DNA of 64,000 nucleotides from positions 1-64,000 of the forward strand of contig JAVZLS010000001.1 in assembly GCA_038883715.1 (NCBI GenBank), written 5' to 3'. Both the position numbers and the translations under genes were made by a program. Each line of letters begins with the position of its first letter. Position 1 is the first letter of the stretch. The DNA is from Candidatus Bathyarchaeia archaeon. Lineage in GTDB: Archaea > Thermoproteota > Bathyarchaeia > Bathyarchaeales > Bathycorpusculaceae. This document shows, piece after piece, positions 7,782-18,218 of the stretch. The notes beneath the pieces are model-generated. The model ran no database searches, had not been told where the DNA came from, and worked only from the letters and a program-made list of their open reading frames with translations.

Positions 7782-8186
7782 ATGAGGAGAATTCTTCGAA
7801 AACAAAAATCTGCATATGCGCTTAGTTTAGCTCTTTGCCTATTGGGAATTGCGGCCATTTTGGTGGTTGTCTGGAAGGCTTATCCAAAAATCTCTGGAAG
7901 CCCTAATCCCTTTTCGTCTTTCCTTTCCCTTCTCTGGACTGAGGAGCTTTCTCTCTTATCGTGGTTTTCTCTTAAACTCATATATCTTGTTGTTTTGGGG
8001 GATGTTCTGCTTATTGCTGGGATAGTTTTGTGGCTTTTAAGTAGGCAATGGTTTGTCGTGCCAGGCGCCACTGTTTGGTTTGAATGTCCCTTCTGCAAGA
8101 AAAAGTGGAGGTCAACTGGCGATAAGGCGCTGGTTCATTGTCCCTATTGTCGCCAACTGGTTCATCCAAGAATTGTCGAAAAATGA
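7782..8186 (+). CDS. Membrane protein with C-terminal zinc ribbon
   Basis: Two TM segments; CPFC and CPYC. Confidence 0.75.
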   Translation: MRRILRKQKSAYALSLALCLLGIAAILVVVWKAYPKISGSPNPFSSFLSLLWTEELSLLSWFSLKLIYLVVLGDVLLIAGIVLWLLSRQWFVVPGATVWFECPFCKKKWRSTGDKALVHCPYCRQLVHPRIVEK

Positions 8187-8561
8187 TGCTTACATCTTTT
8201 CCCTTTTAATCTCGAAAAGTACTGTTCCGCCGTCCGTGTAGGATTTTACAGGGTCTAGCATTGCATGACCCAGTTCCATCTTCCTCTTTTGCCAAGCCCA
8301 GGTTTTTGAAGCTTATTCCGCTGCTTAATGGCACAGGCAAGGAAAGCATGCAACCAAGGGCGTGAACGCATATTTTGCCTGTTCCCTTATTTCCTTGAGG
8401 ATTATGACTAGACGGTACTTTTCCTTAGATGTCATGACCATTTGCCTCGCTAGAACTGTGCATCAATTTTTGTTAATGTTTTATGGTTTAAAGCATTGGT
8501 TTGGCAAACACTTAAAAGCCTTGTTGGAAGGGATAATTGCTACAGTAAGAGGCGTGCAGCT

Positions 8562-9761
8562 ATGGGAAATCGTCCAGTGATTGTTGCGGCTGGTAGGACA
8601 AAGTTTGGGGAGCATTACGAGAAGCAGCCTGAACGCCTTATCGAGGAGGCTTGGCTCAGAGCTTCAGAGGAGGCTGGAATTGAACGTAAAGACTTAGAGG
8701 CATGTTACTTATCGGATTATTTTCTGCCGATAACAAATAAGCTCGGACTTGAAGAGGGTTTCCTATCGGAGTTGACCGAACTACATGTGCCTATGGATGT
8801 TGTGCGCTCTTTCAGTTCAGCCTTCTCCAACGCCTGTAACGCCATTCAAGCGGGAAAGTATGACATAGTTCTTGTAGGCGGCATAGAGAAAATGACAGAC
8901 CGCTGGGACAAAATCCGGGACGACCTAATGCTTCTTGAAGACCCTTGGAGTTACTATGCTGGATGCACACCTGAAGCCAACCATGAGCTTATGCTTAGGG
9001 CTTACATTAAGCGCTATGGAATAAGCGGCGAGAACCTTGAAAAGTTAGGCATCGCCTTAGCACAAATCTCTGTTAAAAATCATTTGAATGCCTTGAAAAA
9101 TGAGTACGCCCAGTTCCAGCGGAAAATAACCGTTGAGCAAGTGCTGGAAGCCAGAAGAAACGCGAGGCGCCCTTTGGGGCTTTATGATTTTGCACCTATA
9201 TCTGACGGCGCTTCCGCAGTGATTTTAGCCAGCGAGGAGGCAGCTAAAAAGTTGACTGACAAGCCAATTTATGTGTTTGGCTCCGCGTCAGCCACCGACT
9301 ACCTAACTTTTCCAGCCCGTGAAGACATGACTGGTTTTATTGCGACCCGCCTGGCTATAGAGAAAGCCCTTAAAACTGCTGGGATAAGCCTATGGAACAT
9401 ACAAGTTTTGGAGGTTTACGACCAATCAACCGTTATGGAAATGATTTCCCTTGAGGATTTAGGCTTCTGCGAGCGGGGGACAGCTTGGAAAATTATCTTT
9501 GAAAGCTGCAAAGACTATAAGGGCTACTACGAGGTGAATGGGAAGAAGCTTTTTGTTAATATGAATGGCGGCTTAAAGGCTGATGGAAACCCGCTGGGCG
9601 CCACTGGCGGAGCCCAAATTTACGAGGTTGTTAAACAGCTCAGGGGCGAAGCTGGTGAACGCCAAATAAAAACTGATGAAGCGTTAAAGTATGGCTGTGT
9701 GCTCGAGCTTGAGGGTTTCGGCACTAAAAGTTATGTTCACATTTTGGGAGGAGGCTTCTAA
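8562..9761 (+). CDS. Thiolase-fold protein (archaeal acetoacetyl-CoA thiolase-like) lacking canonical catalytic residues
   Basis: GRTKFGE, VGGIEKM, APISDGASA, GGLKADGNPLGATG fold motifs; no CASG nucleophile, HDCF->YDQS, GHP->GNP. Confidence 0.85.
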   Translation: MGNRPVIVAAGRTKFGEHYEKQPERLIEEAWLRASEEAGIERKDLEACYLSDYFLPITNKLGLEEGFLSELTELHVPMDVVRSFSSAFSNACNAIQAGKYDIVLVGGIEKMTDRWDKIRDDLMLLEDPWSYYAGCTPEANHELMLRAYIKRYGISGENLEKLGIALAQISVKNHLNALKNEYAQFQRKITVEQVLEARRNARRPLGLYDFAPISDGASAVILASEEAAKKLTDKPIYVFGSASATDYLTFPAREDMTGFIATRLAIEKALKTAGISLWNIQVLEVYDQSTVMEMISLEDLGFCERGTAWKIIFESCKDYKGYYEVNGKKLFVNMNGGLKADGNPLGATGGAQIYEVVKQLRGEAGERQIKTDEALKYGCVLELEGFGTKSYVHILGGGF

Positions 9762-11270
9762 ATGAGCAGCGAACCAATAGAAAGGCGTGTTTCCTATCTT
9801 GGCGATAGGCTTAGGGGTAGAAGATGCCAAATCTGTGGAAAAGAATATTTTGAAATAAGGGATTACTGCGGAAACTGCGGAAGAAAAAGCTTCGGAAAAA
9901 TGGAGGACATTGACTTCTTCTATGAAAAGGGCCGACTTGAGCTTTGCACCCTTGTCAATGAGCCTACAAACAAGTTTACAAAGCTTGGCACTTACATTTA
10001 CGGCATAGTTTCCTTCCACAACGGCAAGATAAGAGTTCCGGGAAGGCTCACAGACAAAATAATAAAGGATGACGAAACCATAGACTTTTCAACCCTTGAA
10101 GGTAGGGAGGTTGTCCCAAGGTTTAGGAGACGCTATTCTGTTGAGAAAAGCGAAATAATCCCAACAATCTCCTTGGCTTTCACCTTCGCCAATGAATATT
10201 ATCCACATCAAGAGTACCATGTAATAAAGCCATGCAAGGAGTATGATGCTCCAGGCATAGTTGGCTACGGCGTATACACGTCCAAGTTTAGAATTAGAGA
10301 GGGCGGCATAGAACGTTCCGTCCCCTTCATAGATGAGGATGCCATAACAGCGGCTGTTGAAGCTGGAAAACTCGCTCTAATTCACTCTGGGGTTGACAGC
10401 TCGCTTATTGGCAAAGTTTACGTTGGCTCAGAATCAAACCCCTATGCTGTTAAACCCATAGCCTCAAAGGTTGCCCAAGTCCTTAAGCTCGGCGAAGAAG
10501 ACGAGGATGTTCAAGGCGTTGACGCCGTTGACACAGAATTCGCCTGTAAAGCGGCTACAAGCATGTTTAAGGACGCTGCATCGCTTGTCAGTTATCCGAG
10601 GATGGGCTTTCCATACGCCATGGTTATTGGAACGGATAACTCGCAAGCGGCTCCAAGAGACTCTCCGGGTGGGGAGCTAGACTTCTTTGTTGGTTATGGT
10701 GGATGCGCCTACATATTTGGAAAAACCGACGTTATAGCGGAGCTTGAAGGATGGTACTCATGCACCTCTGATACGCCAGACTTTTGGCGCAGAGACGGCG
10801 AACCATACCCAATGCATGGCGGGCGGTTCACTGGTGACCCAGCCTACTTCAAACACATAAGAAAAGCTGCAAAGAAGCTTATGGAGAGGTTGGGCTTAAA
10901 GCCGGGCGACATAAACTATTTTGTGGCCCACCAGCCTAACGTCCAGTTTCCGGTCAGAATAGCCCGCGAACTAGGCTTCAAAGAAGAGCAATATGCGCCC
11001 TCGATTCAAGTGGCAAAGTTCGGCAACACATACTCGGGCTCTTCACCAGTAGGCCTGGCAGCAGTCCTCGACATAGCAAAGCCCAACGAACGTATACTAA
11101 TAGTAAGCTATGGCTCTGGAGCTGGAAGCGACGCCTACTCCTTCATAACAACAAGCCAAATTCTTGAAAAAAGGCAGCGTCAAAAACTCACTGTTAAGTA
11201 TCAGGCGGAAAACCCGTTTCTGGAATATGTGGACTACAACACGTATAGGCGACTTAAGGCCGGCATGTAG
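9762..11270 (+). CDS. DUF35 (Zn ribbon-OB) fused to hydroxymethylglutaryl-CoA synthase
   Basis: N-terminal CQICG/CGNCG plus OB; C-terminal GSESNPYAVKP, EFACKA, HQPN, GNTYSG. Confidence 0.9.
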   Translation: MSSEPIERRVSYLGDRLRGRRCQICGKEYFEIRDYCGNCGRKSFGKMEDIDFFYEKGRLELCTLVNEPTNKFTKLGTYIYGIVSFHNGKIRVPGRLTDKIIKDDETIDFSTLEGREVVPRFRRRYSVEKSEIIPTISLAFTFANEYYPHQEYHVIKPCKEYDAPGIVGYGVYTSKFRIREGGIERSVPFIDEDAITAAVEAGKLALIHSGVDSSLIGKVYVGSESNPYAVKPIASKVAQVLKLGEEDEDVQGVDAVDTEFACKAATSMFKDAASLVSYPRMGFPYAMVIGTDNSQAAPRDSPGGELDFFVGYGGCAYIFGKTDVIAELEGWYSCTSDTPDFWRRDGEPYPMHGGRFTGDPAYFKHIRKAAKKLMERLGLKPGDINYFVAHQPNVQFPVRIARELGFKEEQYAPSIQVAKFGNTYSGSSPVGLAAVLDIAKPNERILIVSYGSGAGSDAYSFITTSQILEKRQRQKLTVKYQAENPFLEYVDYNTYRRLKAGM

Positions 11271-11321
11271 GCAACCTTTAATAGTGGTGCTGGCGACAAA
11301 ATACAGCGGAGCTCAAAATAA

Positions 11322-12488
11322 ATGTCTATGCGTGAAGTCTTACGCGTCATATATGCACCCCACAAAGCCTTCAAAGAAATAATACAAAAACCACAGTACA
11401 AAGGACCACTAATAATCATGCTCTTATTCGTATTATCCTTCTCCGGATTTTATTACGTCCTCTCTACACGAGTTTACTATGATCAAACAGCTCCATCATT
11501 GTCAGAATCAGATAAGTGGACGGAAAATGTCAACTTCTGGTCTTCAAATGAAAAAAATGCAGCCGTATCCGTAAATACTACAGATTATATTAAAGGCGAC
11601 CGTTACGGAAACAAAAGCATCCAATTCAAGCTAGAAAACAGCAGCTTAATTTCCATGGAACTAAAAATTCCAGAAGCATTAAACTGTATTGAGCCAAACC
11701 ACTATACAAATTTGACATTTAGGATAAAGATAGTTGAGCCTTCGGATGCTCCTCCTTCAAACATGAGCATTTATTTGTTCTCAGAAAATTCCACAGGTAA
11801 ATACTTTAACTATTCCCTGCAGAGCAGCCCCATAAGGGTTGGCGTTTGGGATAACAGAACAATCTTGTTAAACGATTTTTCAAGCTTTAATGGTAACTGG
11901 TCCAATATTACTAGTTTAGTGTTTAAATTAGAATGGCCATCTAACAAAAACATTACAGTTCGGGTTGATGGAGTTTTCTTTCATGGTTTTTACAGAACCG
12001 AGTTTGAAATTTATGGTGGCACAATGGTTTTATACTCTATGGTTAATGCATTTATGATATTCTTTATGCAATGGTTCATTTTCGGGGTTATCCTCTACCT
12101 GTTCTCGCGCTTTTTTAAAGCTCAGCCTGTTTGGAAAACCATGCTCGTGATATCTGGGTTCGCGCTTGTAACCCTCTTTGTGCAGAATCTGATTCTCACA
12201 GGGATTGTTCTGGCGTATCCTGAAATACGTCTATCTTTGAAAACATTGGGTGGGGTTCCGGGAGAGGGATTAACAGCGGATGTGCAGAACTATATGTCCA
12301 TATTCTTCATTCAATACAACATCTTAGAGAGAATAGTATACTATGTTTGGGTTGTAGTTTTATGCACCATTGCCGTGCGTTTGTTGTTTAATTTTTCGTG
12401 GACAAAAGGCGTTTCTATCTCGCTTCTGAGTAGCATAGTCAGCGTGTTGGCATTTCGTTTCTTAGCCTTTGGAATGGTTTGGCTCTGA
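11322..12488 (+). CDS. YIP1-like membrane protein with inserted extracellular N-glycosylated domain
   Basis: VIYAPHKAFKEI N-terminus, several C-terminal TMs, many N-x-S/T. Confidence 0.7.
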   Translation: MSMREVLRVIYAPHKAFKEIIQKPQYKGPLIIMLLFVLSFSGFYYVLSTRVYYDQTAPSLSESDKWTENVNFWSSNEKNAAVSVNTTDYIKGDRYGNKSIQFKLENSSLISMELKIPEALNCIEPNHYTNLTFRIKIVEPSDAPPSNMSIYLFSENSTGKYFNYSLQSSPIRVGVWDNRTILLNDFSSFNGNWSNITSLVFKLEWPSNKNITVRVDGVFFHGFYRTEFEIYGGTMVLYSMVNAFMIFFMQWFIFGVILYLFSRFFKAQPVWKTMLVISGFALVTLFVQNLILTGIVLAYPEIRLSLKTLGGVPGEGLTADVQNYMSIFFIQYNILERIVYYVWVVVLCTIAVRLLFNFSWTKGVSISLLSSIVSVLAFRFLAFGMVWL

Positions 12489-13700
12489 TTATTCGTATCT
12501 TAGGGCTACCACTGGCGGGATTTTTGAGGCTCTGTAAGCTGGGAGGATTCCGCCCACTAAGCCAATAAGGATTGTTAGAGCTAGTGTTTGGGTTATGAGG
12601 GTTGGCGTTATTAAGGGGCTTAGTTGTAGGGTTATTCCGCCTTCGCCTATTCCTCCTATTGTGAAGCCTCTTGAGGCTAATATGTAGGCGCCCACCACGC
12701 CTGTTGATATTCCAGCTGTTCCGCCGACTAGGCTCATGACCATCGACTCCATAAGGATTAATAGGAGAATCTGCCTGTTTGTGTAGCCTATCGCCTTCAT
12801 CACGCCTATTTCTCTTGTGCGTTCCATAACGGATGTTATCATTGTTGCTGCTACTCCGGCTATAGCGACGGCGAAGGCTGAAAGTGATGTTGAAAAGTTT
12901 ATGAAATTTATCGCCCCAGTTACACTGGAGACAGCCTCAGCTATGGAGCTGAAAGCGATTATTTGGGCTTTATCCTCATAATACTGCCTTAAGGTTGAGA
13001 CGACTGGCTTAACGTCAGCAGGGGTATTCACTAAAACGAGAATCCCAGACCATCTACTCATTCCCAGAAGCCTTCTGCCAGCTTCTAGGCACATGAAAAT
13101 CGTCGAGTCTGGATCGACTATTAATGCGCCGCCATATTCTTCAAGGATGGCGCTTATCATTATGGTTCGCGGTATTTTACCGGTTATCTTCCCTTCCTCA
13201 ATCTTTGGGACTATTATAGATACACCATCGCCTAAATCAAAGCATTTTGCTCCATCTTTGTAGGCTATTTTTCTTCCAATTATTGCGTATGAGATTTCAG
13301 TTTCTGGCGGAATAGAGCCTTCTCCAATTTTTAGGCTTCCTACAGCCTCAAAAAGTAGGCTATAATCGACTGCGAATATTGACACTTTAACCTCTTCGGT
13401 GCCTCTTTTCACTATGCCTTGCGTGTTGTAAAAGGGTTCAGCCCTTCTAACAGTTTCCACAGCTCTAATATAGTTTAGGTCTTCTTCGTCGAGTCGATAG
13501 TTTTCTGTTGGAAAAATGGCGATGGTGTTTTGACCCAGCGATGTTATCCTTTCCTCTATATAGTTTGAGTAGCTTCCAACAACTGAGCTCATCATGACTA
13601 GAACTAGGGGACCGATGGCTATACCAACTATTGTTAGTGTGGCCCTCATTCTCCTCTCACTTAGAGCTTTAAGCGAAAGCCTAACGAAGTCCGCGAACAT
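12489..13700 (-). CDS. ABC exporter permease (MacB/FtsX family)
   Basis: SVMERTREIGVMKAIG and PAYRASKIPPVVALRYE motifs. Confidence 0.93.
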   Translation of the reverse strand: MFADFVRLSLKALSERRMRATLTIVGIAIGPLVLVMMSSVVGSYSNYIEERITSLGQNTIAIFPTENYRLDEEDLNYIRAVETVRRAEPFYNTQGIVKRGTEEVKVSIFAVDYSLLFEAVGSLKIGEGSIPPETEISYAIIGRKIAYKDGAKCFDLGDGVSIIVPKIEEGKITGKIPRTIMISAILEEYGGALIVDPDSTIFMCLEAGRRLLGMSRWSGILVLVNTPADVKPVVSTLRQYYEDKAQIIAFSSIAEAVSSVTGAINFINFSTSLSAFAVAIAGVAATMITSVMERTREIGVMKAIGYTNRQILLLILMESMVMSLVGGTAGISTGVVGAYILASRGFTIGGIGEGGITLQLSPLITPTLITQTLALTILIGLVGGILPAYRASKIPPVVALRYE

Positions 13701-13719
13701 TGAAGTTTCACCTTGCTAT

Positions 13720-16700
13720 TTAGGAGCTGCCTTCCACCAGCTTTGATTTTTTAACAGTCCTATATATTAGGACGGCTGCCACGGCCAAGAATATAATGAC
13801 GCCAGTCACAATAATCCACCTTTCAACAGTGAATTCTCCACCTTGCACCGTTGGAGGTGCAGTCTCTTGAAGTGTGATGGTTATGTTTGTTGCTTTTGAT
13901 TCCAGCTTGTTGAATACGTCGTAGTATTTAATGGTTAAAATGGCAGAATCGCTATACTTGTTCATGTCCACTCTGAAGGCTATCTCTGAGCCTGGCTCAA
14001 TATCGCCTACGAAGGAAGATTGTGAGACATCGCCTATTTTAAGTTCTACCTCGACGCGGTAGGCCATGGCAGAACCATAATTAACAATTATGCCTGAAAC
14101 CGTTGAAGTTGCACCGGTGCCGGTTGCCTTAACATTCCTTAATGCAAGGTCGATGAAGGGTTCAACAATAACGACTATTGAATTGTTGAAGACACGCTGG
14201 TAGCCACATGCATCCCTATAAATTACCGAGACCATAAATGGAACCGGCCCATACGTTACAGTTGCGGTCCCGCCAGTTTGTGTGTAAAAGCCGAGTGGAT
14301 TATATGCCAACGTCAGCGGGATTTTAATGCTTCCTCCAGAAGGGATTTCATCAATGTAGTTTAACGCTGGCGAGGCTATGAGAATCGGTGTTCCTTGGTA
14401 TGGTGAAATGGCCACGTATGCGTCGAGGACCGGTGAGCTTCCATGGTTGACAAGGGTTAAGGAAGCGTTTGTGAAGCGGCTTCTCACGCTAATGGTTTCT
14501 TCCATGATTATTTCGATGTATCCAGCCTTTCCGAGGACGAAAACAGGCACTTTAATCGGGATTTGTCGATTGCTGCCCCACCCGTCAATATAGGATAGGC
14601 GTCCCTCAAGAACGTAATTTCCAACGTCAATATCAAACAAGTTGAGGCTGAACATGAAGGTTAGGATATCGCCTCTGCCGTAAACTTGCGCTGGGCTAGC
14701 TTGCTGGGCACTTAAGAAGGCGTTTAGAACTTCTGCAAGGTTCTGCTGTTGCAGGGGAAGTTGTAGCTGCACCGATAACGGTGTAGCCCTAACAATGCTT
14801 GAGTTGTCTACAGCATTGTAAATGCCTTCTGGCAATTCTAATTCAAGCACTGCGCCGTGAAGCCCATCCACATAAACATTTCTGATGAGCACTATTAGGT
14901 GGGCGCCATAGGTGTTTGGTCCAACAGAACCCTCATACCATCTTGCATCTAAAACCTCTAGGGCTGGGCTATCATCATTTACGTTTATTTTCACGGTGAA
15001 GTTTTCAATGCGCCTAACTCCGGGACCGCCAGAAAGCAACATATAGTCAACTGTTAAGTTAGCGTTGTAGCTTCCGGGCTGCACGTCGCCGACCGAAATC
15101 ATAAAGGAAGCTGTGAAGGTGGCTAAGCTTCTAACGGGTCCTTCAAAATAGGCTGCAGCCTCATTTTGTCCTTTTGAGGTTATTCCGATTGGAAGTTTGA
15201 GTTTGAGGTTTATTCCTGCAATTGAGTAGGGTGCCCTATTCGCCAAGGTCACCTGATATGTGGCGTTGCTTGTTCTTGGAAAAACGTTTACGTTATTTTG
15301 CCATCCGGCATCTACTAGGGAGAGGATGCTTTCAGAGGCTGGATAACTTTCAATGGGCAAGGAAACTGTGAAGTCCCTTATCGTGGTGACGTGGGTTCCG
15401 AACTCGGTGTATATGTAGCTTGCAAAAACTTTTACCGGCACGTTTAGGGATGTGGTGTTTATGTCAAAGTAGAGAACCGCTGTGCATGAACCGCCTTGTG
15501 CAACTGTTGTGGCACAGGCTTCAGAATCTTTTATGGGCTTGAGATGAGGCGAAGAAGCGTTTACCACGACTCCCCAAATGCTGTACCTTCCGTAATTGAC
15601 AAGCCTTATTGTTAATGGCACATAACGTGAATTTGAATAGACTGGCGTCGGGTCTGGGTAACCCCAGTAAGCGTCAACAAGGACAAGCTCCGGCATGTAG
15701 CTGTGAACAGTTTCAACATTTAATGGAAAAGGTAGCGTCTGTTTCATAAGGAAGGACGAGCCGGAAACAATTTTAAGATAGGTTATGTTCAATGTGCCTT
15801 TATACAGCCCTCCAGCAACATCCGCGCCCACGTCAAGAGTTAAGTCGACGTAGCACGTGCCACCGGCAGCCATCCCGTTAATGTAAGTTCCGGAAATGGC
15901 TCTAACATTTATCCCGTTTGGGACTGTGGCATTTACAATTATGGCACTTACGGCTTCTGGAAGTCTATTGATAAGGTAGATTCGCAAAACAACGCCCCTA
16001 GCGGATGGAAGCAGTGGAGCTGATTGCCCATTATAAAGTGTGTTTACAGCCGCTATCATGATAGGTTCTTCCGGAGGCGGGCTCTCCACCATAACCGTGA
16101 CATTGAAGGATGCTGTAGTGCTGTAGGCTACTCCGTCTTCTGTTCTGGCACTATAATCCGCATAAATGGTTGCATTGTATGCTCCCAATTGGGCGTCAAG
16201 TGGTATAGACACCCCGGTAAATGTTACAGTGAAACGGTCTCCCCTATTGACAGGTCCGATGCTCGCCCTAGGATTCTTAACCGTGAAGCCTTCTGGGAGT
16301 GTAACATTAAAATTTGCAGAGTTTATGGCGCTGCTTCCATTATTCTCTAATACCGCATAAAGGTTTGTGTCAATCGACCCCGGGTAGGAAGTTGGCGAGA
16401 AATAAGCGTCAACAATCCTCAAGGAAATTTCTGGGTAAGGCTGAACTTCAATTATTATTTCGTCTCGATGCAAATCGTAGGCGGGGGTGGAACCCTTCAG
16501 ATAAGTTATATTCAATGTCAAATAGTAATTTGATGGCGATAAACTACTTGAAATATCAAGTAAATACTCAAAAGTCACAACCATGCCCAAGCTAACCTCT
16601 TTGACCACGCTTTCGTTGAATTTTGCTGGTGGAGACGCGTCACTGCCGGAGCTGAAGCCTATGCCATCTGGTGTTCTAAGCCATCCAAAAACTATTGTGG

Positions 16701-16923
16701 CGTTGGCTGTGCTGTTTTGATAGGCTACTTCAACTTTCAAATAAACCCTCTTGCTGCCGGGGTAAATGTTCGGCGTGTCTGCTGAAGACCTAACATAATA
16801 ATTCCTTATAACAAAATCACTTGAGAGCTCGCCGAAGGCTATATGTGGGACAAGTATAGATGCGGACTGTAACGTGAGAGTTATCACCAACATAAGGGTT
16901 AAAATCTTTTTTAGGTTTCTCAT
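13720..16923 (-). CDS. Large surface protein with repeated Ig-like domains (COG1361/S-layer-like), C-terminal TM
   Basis: Signal peptide, beta-rich repeats, C-terminal anchor; lies between ABC ATPase and permease. Confidence 0.8.
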   Translation of the reverse strand: MRNLKKILTLMLVITLTLQSASILVPHIAFGELSSDFVIRNYYVRSSADTPNIYPGSKRVYLKVEVAYQNSTANATIVFGWLRTPDGIGFSSGSDASPPAKFNESVVKEVSLGMVVTFEYLLDISSSLSPSNYYLTLNITYLKGSTPAYDLHRDEIIIEVQPYPEISLRIVDAYFSPTSYPGSIDTNLYAVLENNGSSAINSANFNVTLPEGFTVKNPRASIGPVNRGDRFTVTFTGVSIPLDAQLGAYNATIYADYSARTEDGVAYSTTASFNVTVMVESPPPEEPIMIAAVNTLYNGQSAPLLPSARGVVLRIYLINRLPEAVSAIIVNATVPNGINVRAISGTYINGMAAGGTCYVDLTLDVGADVAGGLYKGTLNITYLKIVSGSSFLMKQTLPFPLNVETVHSYMPELVLVDAYWGYPDPTPVYSNSRYVPLTIRLVNYGRYSIWGVVVNASSPHLKPIKDSEACATTVAQGGSCTAVLYFDINTTSLNVPVKVFASYIYTEFGTHVTTIRDFTVSLPIESYPASESILSLVDAGWQNNVNVFPRTSNATYQVTLANRAPYSIAGINLKLKLPIGITSKGQNEAAAYFEGPVRSLATFTASFMISVGDVQPGSYNANLTVDYMLLSGGPGVRRIENFTVKINVNDDSPALEVLDARWYEGSVGPNTYGAHLIVLIRNVYVDGLHGAVLELELPEGIYNAVDNSSIVRATPLSVQLQLPLQQQNLAEVLNAFLSAQQASPAQVYGRGDILTFMFSLNLFDIDVGNYVLEGRLSYIDGWGSNRQIPIKVPVFVLGKAGYIEIIMEETISVRSRFTNASLTLVNHGSSPVLDAYVAISPYQGTPILIASPALNYIDEIPSGGSIKIPLTLAYNPLGFYTQTGGTATVTYGPVPFMVSVIYRDACGYQRVFNNSIVVIVEPFIDLALRNVKATGTGATSTVSGIIVNYGSAMAYRVEVELKIGDVSQSSFVGDIEPGSEIAFRVDMNKYSDSAILTIKYYDVFNKLESKATNITITLQETAPPTVQGGEFTVERWIIVTGVIIFLAVAAVLIYRTVKKSKLVEGSS

Positions 16924-16946
16924 GCTTTCACCTTTTATGACAGATT

Positions 16947-17681
16947 TTATGCTTTGCTAATAAGGGATTCTGCCTTATTAGGCATAAATTCTCCCACTAT
17001 TTCTCCATCTCTTATAACATATATTTTTTCCATACAGTTTGCCACTTCAGGGTCGTGTGTCACAACAACTATTGTGTGCCCAGCCTTGTTAAGGTTTAGA
17101 AAAGTTTCGACAACAACTTTGGCTGAAGCTCTGTCCAAATTGCCAGTTGGCTCATCAGCTAACAAAACAACCGGTTTCCCAACAATGGCTCTCGCAATCG
17201 CCACGCGTTGCTGTTGCCCGCCGGAAAGCTGATTAGGCTTTTTGTGAAGCCAACTCTCGTCGCCGCCAACCTTTGTTACCGCTTCCAAAACCATCTTCGC
17301 CCTAACGTTACGGGAAATCCCACGAGGTATTAAAGGTAGCTCAATGTTTTCGAAAACGCTTAACCTATTAACCAAATTAAAGGTTTGAAAAACGAAGCCA
17401 AGCTTTGTGTTTCGTAAATTAGCCAGTGTTCTATCGTCAAGCCTTGAAACATCAAACCCGTCAAAGAAGATTTTGCCTTTTGTGGGTCTGTCCAAAAGTC
17501 CAATCATGTTAAGAAGTGTTGTCTTCCCCGAACCCGATGGTCCCATTATGGCGGTTAGCTGCCCCCTAAAAACTTGGAAGTTAACCTTCTTTAGTGCCAT
17601 GGTTGAGATGGTTCCAACTCTGTATTCTTTGTAAACATCCACCAGTTGTATTATTGGTTTCTGCCGGGTTTGTTCAGGCAA
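16947..17681 (-). CDS. ABC transporter ATP-binding protein (LolD/MacB type)
   Basis: GPSGSGKT, LSGGQQQR, DEPTGNLD, VTHD. Confidence 0.95.
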   Translation of the reverse strand: MPEQTRQKPIIQLVDVYKEYRVGTISTMALKKVNFQVFRGQLTAIMGPSGSGKTTLLNMIGLLDRPTKGKIFFDGFDVSRLDDRTLANLRNTKLGFVFQTFNLVNRLSVFENIELPLIPRGISRNVRAKMVLEAVTKVGGDESWLHKKPNQLSGGQQQRVAIARAIVGKPVVLLADEPTGNLDRASAKVVVETFLNLNKAGHTIVVVTHDPEVANCMEKIYVIRDGEIVGEFMPNKAESLISKA

Positions 17682-17818
17682 ACCTAGTCCTCAGCATCCA
17701 TTACTTGGCATCATAGCAAATAACACAAGACCCTATATACCATTTACTCTCCTAACCAAGGCTGAATATTGTGAGCCATCTAGCAAGATTTATATGCATG
17801 GCTGCTGTTTGTGATGCT

Positions 17819-17890
17819 AACTAGCCTCTGCTGGAAACTCGGTGTTCAGCAAAAGCGGGACACTTGAGTTTTTGGCGTTTGAGGCTGGTT
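17819..17890 (+). promoter_or_regulatory. Long G.U-rich hairpin in the 5' leader of the TRAM-SSB-TRAM cluster
   Basis: Stacked stems CUAGCCUC/GAGGCUGG, CUGGAAACUC/GAGUUUUUGG, GUGUUC/GGACAC; TATA-like TTTATATG at about 17789. Confidence 0.6.
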
Positions 17891-17914
17891 CCGCGATAAG
17901 GACGAAAAAACAGT

Positions 17915-18199
17915 ATGCCAAGAAGGCTTCCAGAAAAAACAAAAAACATCCAGAGAAAACCAAGAAGGTTTGGGAGTAGCAGACGCTTCAACCCCGGCAA
18001 ACCCCTTTTCCAGATGGCGCCAGTCAAAGAAAATCAGGAACTAGAGGTTGTTATAGACGACATTGGGAGCAGAGGAGACGGCATAGCCCGAATACAGGGA
18101 TATTTGATTTTTGTTCCAAACAGCAAGATAGGTGAACGCGTTAGAGTGCGCATTGTTTCGGTTGGCGGAAAATTCGCTGTCGCGGAGAGAATAGCCTAA
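17915..18199 (+). CDS. Single TRAM-domain RNA-binding protein
   Basis: PVKENQELEVVIDDIGSRGDGIARIQG motif. Confidence 0.9.
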   Translation: MPRRLPEKTKNIQRKPRRFGSSRRFNPGKPLFQMAPVKENQELEVVIDDIGSRGDGIARIQGYLIFVPNSKIGERVRVRIVSVGGKFAVAERIA

Positions 18200-18218
18200 A
18201 AGGGGATGGTGAAAAAGG

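Noticed and set aside
8187-8560. Short ORF fragments on both strands
   Set aside because: No recognisable motif; cannot distinguish a pseudogene from intergenic DNA
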